A stretch of DNA of 62,347 nt, counting the filler. It is 8 parts of 8 records of this genome, joined end to end, with 100 filler letters (N's around TTAATTAATTAA, not from the genome) between each part and the next. Parts side by side here need not be neighbours in the genome. Positions count along the whole stretch, not along the records: positions 53,866 to 58,810 come from SRR15195285_136; positions 58,911 to 62,347 come from SRR15195285_138; 6 more parts are not named here. One strand, written 5' to 3'. Below, piece by piece: positions 57,118 to 62,347 of the stretch (positions within the stretch are counted from its first letter, which is position 1; the number at the start of each line of letters is the position of its first letter). The notes below the pieces were generated by a model. It worked only from the letters and a program-made list of their open reading frames with translations, was not told the origin of the DNA and searched no databases. A program made the translations under genes and the position numbers.

Positions 57118-58809
57118 TTACACGTTAGCCCCATTTGCTCCGGGCGATGCGTATGCAGAACCCATGCCAAACACCTGAGCGGCAACGTTTACTTCACATC
57201 CCATATTCTCGGCATACAGCTCCACGCCTGAATTGCGAGACGAAGGTGCGAACATCAGCGCAGAAACCACAGCAATACCATCCTGTGCGTAGACCTCAAT
57301 CACACTTCTGTCAACCAGAATTCGCAGAGGAAATATTGCCATCACCTCCTGGTTATCCAGACCAACGTCGCTGTTAGAGCTAAGTGCCGCAGCTAACTCG
57401 AGGGGCGCCTGCGTGACGCCTTTGCTAGCGTTGCTTCCGCTCTGGGTCATATCGACATAGACCACTGCGCTGCTGTTGTATGGCGGAATCAGGCCCCCGT
57501 TCTCAGCGAATCCTATCTTCACCGCAGCGTTGGTGTTCGCGATAGAATCCACCATGACACGCACGCCAAGCGACTGACGTGGATGCGCACCAACACATGC
57601 CTTCGGAAGTGCGAAGCTCGCGTTGATGTCAAGCTGCTGCCCGAGGTCATCGAATGAAATCGTGCCACCACCGATAGGGAATGAAGTGCGGCCGATGCTT
57701 GCCAGCGGGCGTCCACTGTTTATTCGAAGCAACTCTAACTCCTCGACCGGGTTTGTACGCAGTCGCCGACGTGCTCGATCGTACGTGATCGCGCGTGGCA
57801 CTGACTGCATGCCGTTCCAGGTGAGGTTGAGCATCGCCTGCGGCCCCTCGCTACGTATCCAACACCACATGATGCGCCGCGCCGTATGCGCGTCCCACAT
57901 ACTCTTGCACGCGTGATTGTTGCCGTACGCGAGGACGTTACAGCCGGCATTGTCTACGGAGAACGGTCCAGATGCTGGGCTGCCACCACAACCCGTTCCA
58001 CCACTCTCTGCGAGATCGAGCGTGTGAGATGTATCGTTGTAGTTGCCCAGCCAATACAGGTTACCAGCGCACGCTGCGATATAGACGTGAAGTCCAGTTT
58101 GGTAGGAGTCCGGAGCAGCGCTGCCCATACCTACGAGGCTGAACATCTCTGGACACGACACGAACTTACATGGTGTGTTGCCCGAAGTGAAGTTGTGCAG
58201 CGAGTGTTCCAATTGCCACTCACCTGCCTTGGGATCGGATGTTGAGTAGAGCATTGACACGCCCTTCGTCTCATTATCGTCGGAGCCACCCGTGAACATC
58301 CACCACCGACCGTCACTCTTGGAGCGCCACATCTGGCTAGGGTCAAGGAAGCGCCAGTTCATGCCCGCAGGCTGGTTTCGGACAATTTGCTTTGCTGTCC
58401 ACTTCCGTAGCAAGGGATCGGCAGCGTCTGTCGGCGTCGCAGTGCACATTGACATGCAGTCGCCATCCAGCTCACGCTGACCCTCGCACAGAGTGGCAGT
58501 CACGGTACCATTGAAGTCGGTGAGGTTGTGCACACCAGGGAAGGACAGGATCGGGGTATCGTCTGCCAGCAAGCTCGCGCTGCCGCTGAAGACGCCGATG
58601 AAATCGGGGCAGCCCACGCCATCCGAGCTCAGCGCGTAGCCGACGTCTGTCCAGGTGGCGAGGTCGCGGCTCGCAAAGTGCCCCCAGCCCTTGCCACCGG
58701 GCCCAGAGTGGCACGGCCAGTCGCGGCACCATTGAAAGAACAGGTGGTACATCTTGTGCACTGGGTCGTACATGGGGCCGTTCGGATCGTTTACGTGCCC
58801 CTGTGGCGG
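57118..58809 (-). CDS. GH32 family (beta-fructofuranosidase-like) protein with altered catalytic motifs (5' partial)
   Basis: PPQGHVNDPNG, YHLFFQW, WGHFASRDL..W, VFSGSA, FLDP (canonical RDP), VSCPE (canonical WECPD), MQSVPR, PVEEL, LRILVDRSVIEVY. Confidence 0.9.
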   Translation of the reverse strand, partial: PPQGHVNDPNGPMYDPVHKMYHLFFQWCRDWPCHSGPGGKGWGHFASRDLATWTDVGYALSSDGVGCPDFIGVFSGSASLLADDTPILSFPGVHNLTDFNGTVTATLCEGQRELDGDCMSMCTATPTDAADPLLRKWTAKQIVRNQPAGMNWRFLDPSQMWRSKSDGRWWMFTGGSDDNETKGVSMLYSTSDPKAGEWQLEHSLHNFTSGNTPCKFVSCPEMFSLVGMGSAAPDSYQTGLHVYIAACAGNLYWLGNYNDTSHTLDLAESGGTGCGGSPASGPFSVDNAGCNVLAYGNNHACKSMWDAHTARRIMWCWIRSEGPQAMLNLTWNGMQSVPRAITYDRARRRLRTNPVEELELLRINSGRPLASIGRTSFPIGGGTISFDDLGQQLDINASFALPKACVGAHPRQSLGVRVMVDSIANTNAAVKIGFAENGGLIPPYNSSAVVYVDMTQSGSNASKGVTQAPLELAAALSSNSDVGLDNQEVMAIFPLRILVDRSVIEVYAQDGIAVVSALMFAPSSRNSGVELYAENMGCEVNVAAQVFGMGSAYASPGANGANV

Positions 58810-58810
58810 C

Positions 58811-58910
58811 NNNNNNNNNNNNNNNNNNNNNNNNNNNNNNNNNNNNNNNNNNNNTTAATTAATTAANNNNNNNNNNNNNNNNNNNNNNNNNNNNNNNNNN
58901 NNNNNNNNNN
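58811..58910. other. Artificial contig linker
   Basis: N44-TTAATTAATTAA-N44. Confidence 0.99.
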
Positions 58911-58911
58911 C

Positions 58912-60234
58912 GCTGAGGAGTGCAACGAGCGCTTCCGCGCCACAATGGAGGACACGTGGTCGATCTTCCCCAGCCTGCAAGTCGATCTGAGTCAGACCAA
59001 CACGCTGGCAGCACCGGAGGCGAATTCTAAACAGTCCCGACACGCGCTGTCAGCGCCACAGGTAGCGCTGCCACCCAAGCATGGCCCATGCAAGGCGGTG
59101 CCGACCGAGAGCGATGCTGCGCGCAGAGCTCGGCTCCTCTCTAGTGATTCGTTGGACTCCAGCGAAGGCACGTCTGGGCCAGTCACTCCCGCAGGGAGCC
59201 CCGACCTCAATGGCGACACGGTCCGTGGGATGACTCGCTCAGGGTCGCTCGAAAACCTGCTCAACAAGTTCCCTGACCAGCTGGAGCCCTCTCCGGTGCC
59301 GCGGCCGCAGAGAGCCCAACTTGCCGCACCAGTCGAGCGCCGAATAACATGCTCGGATCTAAGAGCGCAGAGACACCTACCTGGAGGCATTTTCTTTGGG
59401 GCCGTGTTTGATGGTCACGGCGGCAGCGAGTGTTCCGCGTTCTTGCGTGAACGGATGCATCTGAATATGCAGCGTGAGATCGCGTTTGGTGCTGACCCGC
59501 GATTGCCCGAGGAAGATCCGCGTCGGACGAGAAGTATCCATGACGCGATGTTGAGTGCCTATCTCATGACGGACATGCACTGTCGCAAAGCAGGGATCAC
59601 ATCGGGGTCAACCGCGGTGACAGCTGTGATCAATCGCGACGCGGGGGGGCGCAGATGGATCCACGTAGGGAACGTCGGTGACTCAGCCGCAATTGTGTGT
59701 CGGCAGTGCCCAATGGAGGGCGCATTCAGCGCCGATAATAGGGCGGCACGCGCGGTTCGGCTGTCGGCCACGCACCGTCCGTGTGTGGAGTCGGAACGAG
59801 ACCGTGTGGCCCAGGCGGGCGGCTTCATTCTTCGGCAGCGTGTTGTCGGCGTGCTTGCTGTGACACGAGCGATGGGGAATCACGGTCTCAAGACGAACGC
59901 GGTGCAGCACCAGTATAGGGAACAGGAAGAGGCTCAATGCCAGGTTCAGGGTCAGGGGCGCAGCGGGATCGTTGCGCGCCCATCCTGCAAGTCACTGCAG
60001 CTTGAGTCGGATGACAGGTTCGTAGTTCTAGCAAGCGACGGGCTGACTGACGTGATGTCTGATCAGTCGATTGTAGAGACAGTCTGCGACGGCGTGCATA
60101 AAATGCGCGCCGCGTCGGTCAAGCGAGGACGGCCGGTGAAGCATGCGGCTTCCACACTTTCGAAGTTGCTGGTCCGCAAGGCCATGCAAAGCGGCGCGAA
60201 CGACAACATTACCGCCATGATCATCATTCTCTGA
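58912..60234 (+). CDS. PPM/PP2C-type protein serine/threonine phosphatase (5' partial)
   Basis: RATMEDT (motif 1, in frame from the contig start), FGAVFDGHGG, SGSTA, HVGNVGDS, LAVTRAMG, LASDGLTD, ANDNIT. Confidence 0.92.
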   Translation, partial: AEECNERFRATMEDTWSIFPSLQVDLSQTNTLAAPEANSKQSRHALSAPQVALPPKHGPCKAVPTESDAARRARLLSSDSLDSSEGTSGPVTPAGSPDLNGDTVRGMTRSGSLENLLNKFPDQLEPSPVPRPQRAQLAAPVERRITCSDLRAQRHLPGGIFFGAVFDGHGGSECSAFLRERMHLNMQREIAFGADPRLPEEDPRRTRSIHDAMLSAYLMTDMHCRKAGITSGSTAVTAVINRDAGGRRWIHVGNVGDSAAIVCRQCPMEGAFSADNRAARAVRLSATHRPCVESERDRVAQAGGFILRQRVVGVLAVTRAMGNHGLKTNAVQHQYREQEEAQCQVQGQGRSGIVARPSCKSLQLESDDRFVVLASDGLTDVMSDQSIVETVCDGVHKMRAASVKRGRPVKHAASTLSKLLVRKAMQSGANDNITAMIIIL

Positions 60235-60832
60235 CCGACTTGCAGCAGCGAAAGCTGTCGCGAAACTAGCTGAATGGTCAGCAAGGGGCGCGGTGAGAGG
60301 GTGGCGTGGCCCACGACATAGCAAGTGCTGCTTGCTCGTGTACCGAACCCGCTCATTCCGTACAGGAAATACAGTTCATTCCTGGCCGTTCATTGCCTCC
60401 AGCCCCTCTCGAAGTCAATTCTGTTATGCCACCATGTAGTAATGGGAAGGTATGACAGGTCATATAAAACTGTACGAGTAGTGTGGAACTCTCTGTTCCG
60501 AGATAGTGAAGGTTTGGCGGCGGTTGTCTAAGAGTTGACGCTCTCGGCAAGGCAACGCAGACCAGCCCCCCTACCCTCCCCCCGCCCTCCTCGTGATGGT
60601 TTATGGTGGTGTAGCGCGGAAGCAGTGCGGACACGAAACACGTATGACACCGGCAGCCGATGTCACTCGGGCACTCGACGCGAGCAGAAGAAACGATACG
60701 CACACACTGTAGATTGAACACACAATTGCGCGCTGGGAGTCAGCCACCGTGAGGAGCCGAGCTGCTCGCGCTTCCGGCCGTGTTGCTTGGGTGACCACCT
60801 AACTTGCGGCCAGTTGTCTACTCACTTCTCTC

Positions 60833-61552
60833 TCACTTCAGCATGCCCGGGGGCAATGTTCCGGACTTGAGGGCCGCCTCGAGCTTGTGGATTTCGTCAA
60901 GCGAAGTAGCGCTCATGATCGCCTCCTGAATCTTCGACACAACATTCGCCTTCAGCTTCTTCTGTTTCGCAATCGCAGGTGCCACTGGGAGACGCTTCTC
61001 GCTCTGGGTCGCTTTTGCCACCTCTTCCTCTGTCGCTGGTCGGGCGTCCTCGAGAAGCTTCTTGCCGGCCGCAGACTTGAAGAACCGCTTCGCCTCCTTG
61101 CGCTCCGTCTCCTTGACTAGCTGAAAGTCTAGATACCGCAGCTTACGGCACGTGTGCACGATGTACTCGCGGTAATGCGGCTGCCGCGCCACGGGGTTTT
61201 TGAGCAGACTCAGCCCTCGCAGCGCCGGCAGCTCGCCCAGCGCCGCCAGGTCCCCCAAGCTCGTCAGCCGGTTGTTCGTCAGGATCAGCGTGTCCAGCGT
61301 CGGAGGCAGCGCCCCCAAGCGGCTAATCTTGTTGTTGCACGCCATGACCGTCCGCAGCCGCTCTAACCGCGGGAAGTTGTCCAGCTTCGTCACCTCATTG
61401 TCGGACAGGTCGATCACATCAAACTGGTCCTCCGTAGCGCCCAGGTTCTCCACCGCTGGGATCTTGTTGCCACGCACGTCCAGCTCGCGCTGCTTCAGCG
61501 GGTTCTGGAACTGCGGGCTCCGCGCGATCAGGTCCACCGTCAGCCGCGGCAT
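60833..61552 (-). CDS. SNRPA1: U2 snRNP protein A'
   Basis: MPRLTVDLI..NPLKQRELDVRGNKIPAVENLGATEDQFDVIDLSDN..YREYIV..LDF, and C-terminal IQEAIMSATSLDEIHKLEAALKSG. Intronless. Confidence 0.97.
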   Translation of the reverse strand: MPRLTVDLIARSPQFQNPLKQRELDVRGNKIPAVENLGATEDQFDVIDLSDNEVTKLDNFPRLERLRTVMACNNKISRLGALPPTLDTLILTNNRLTSLGDLAALGELPALRGLSLLKNPVARQPHYREYIVHTCRKLRYLDFQLVKETERKEAKRFFKSAAGKKLLEDARPATEEEVAKATQSEKRLPVAPAIAKQKKLKANVVSKIQEAIMSATSLDEIHKLEAALKSGTLPPGMLK

Positions 61553-61949
61553 CGTATCGTATCAGGTCCACCACCGAACGGTTTGGCGCCCTCGTATCGT
61601 ATCCGCAGCCCCAGCCCTTACCTCAACAAAAACCAAACATTTTTGTATGTGAAAATCAACAGATCCACGATCCCTCAATCATGCAGTTAATCCAAAGACT
61701 ACGGCACAATATTGTATTGATTTGATATACCGTGTGTTTGTGAATGCGTATGCTTTTAATCCGACGCTTGTGATGTTTCACAGCTGGAAATTGAACATAC
61801 CGAATTGACACAAGGGTCAGTCGAAGTCAGCGCAGCGCAGCTAGCGCATCGCGCGCACTGTGCACAATAAAGCGCCGGAGTGTATTAAGATTTAAGGTGT
61901 ATTGTGGTACTGTAGTGGTCACTAAAGATAAGTCATGCATGCCGAATCA

Positions 61950-62060
61950 GCAATCACTGATGACTCATTCTCATCAGTGACTTGCCAAATGGTACTGAAT
62001 TGGAATAGGAATGAGAATCGACTCGACTGAATTCATGATGAGTCACGGAAAAATGACTCC
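61950..62060. repeat. Hairpin-rich non-coding segment with TGACTC/GAGTCA and TGATGA motifs
   Basis: TCACTGATGA-7nt-TCATCAGTGA stem (61954-61980) and GAGTCA-8nt-TGACTC stem (about 62040-62059). Confidence 0.55.
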
Positions 62061-62347
62061 GCCTCTTCTGAACTGATCAATCCGTACCACAGTACATATA
62101 AATTGTCTGTTGAGTACAGGCTGTGGAGAGATCAGCCGTTATGCGGGCGTAACGGTTGAGGGGGCGCTGCGACCCGCGGGCAGGATAGTGGCAGAGTGCT
62201 TCGCGAGGCGGTTCCGTAGAGGTGCGGCTTAGGGGGCGGGGTTGCGGGGTTGCCGAGGTATGGCGGCCGAGCTCCAGCGGCGGTTGGCTGTGGAGGCGGC
62301 TGAGTGGCGTGCTCATAATTTTAGTGATTTTACAAACTCGAATCAGT

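Noticed and set aside
15157-58809. Carbohydrate-utilisation cluster (GH54, sialidase-like, GH32)
   Set aside because: GH54 is on a different contig. Only the sialidase-like and GH32 genes are truly linked.
20541-58910. Repeated TTAATTAATTAA within N runs as a biological repeat or CRISPR
   Set aside because: These are identical 100-nt synthetic linkers with six-frame stops, an assembly concatenation artefact.
62035-62076. Box C/D snoRNA (ATGATGA...CTGA)
   Set aside because: Only about 40 nt between the boxes, with no terminal stem or recognisable guide.
62077-62316. 79-aa minus-strand ORF
   Set aside because: No domain features; more likely part of a repeat at the window end.

Overview
This is eukaryotic DNA, not prokaryotic. 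It is a GC-rich, gene-dense, intron-poor protist genome with canonical GT-AG introns (about 60-320 nt), a U2 snRNP A' gene and a TBC1D19-like gene. The window is a concatenation of eight unrelated contigs (1-20540, 20641-26241, 26342-29499, 29600-33130, 33231-44121, 44222-53765, 53866-58810, 58911-62347) joined by artificial N44-TTAATTAATTAA-N44 linkers, so adjacency across linkers means nothing. I reconstructed 16 protein-coding genes, several cut at contig edges and several spliced, plus two pseudogene relics. No rRNA, tRNA, CRISPR array or transposase was recognised. The best candidates for undescribed biology are: (i) a giant receptor-like protein with a ZU5-like H-F-C motif, about 12 hydrophobic segments, PDZ, SH3-like, RI-type LRR and PLAT domains; (ii) a multipass receptor with a SEA-like GSVVV motif; (iii) a cNMP-binding protein with ten tandem [helical HeH/SAP-like + EF-hand pair] units; (iv) a PLAT domain interrupted by two apparently circularly permuted, Cys-less HMA-like modules; (v) a GH32 enzyme lacking the acid/base Glu; (vi) palindromic intergenic elements and a recurrent TACTAGTA motif. 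All domain calls come from motif recognition by eye, not from searches. A marine heterotrophic picoeukaryote such as Picozoa is my lineage guess, by inference only.
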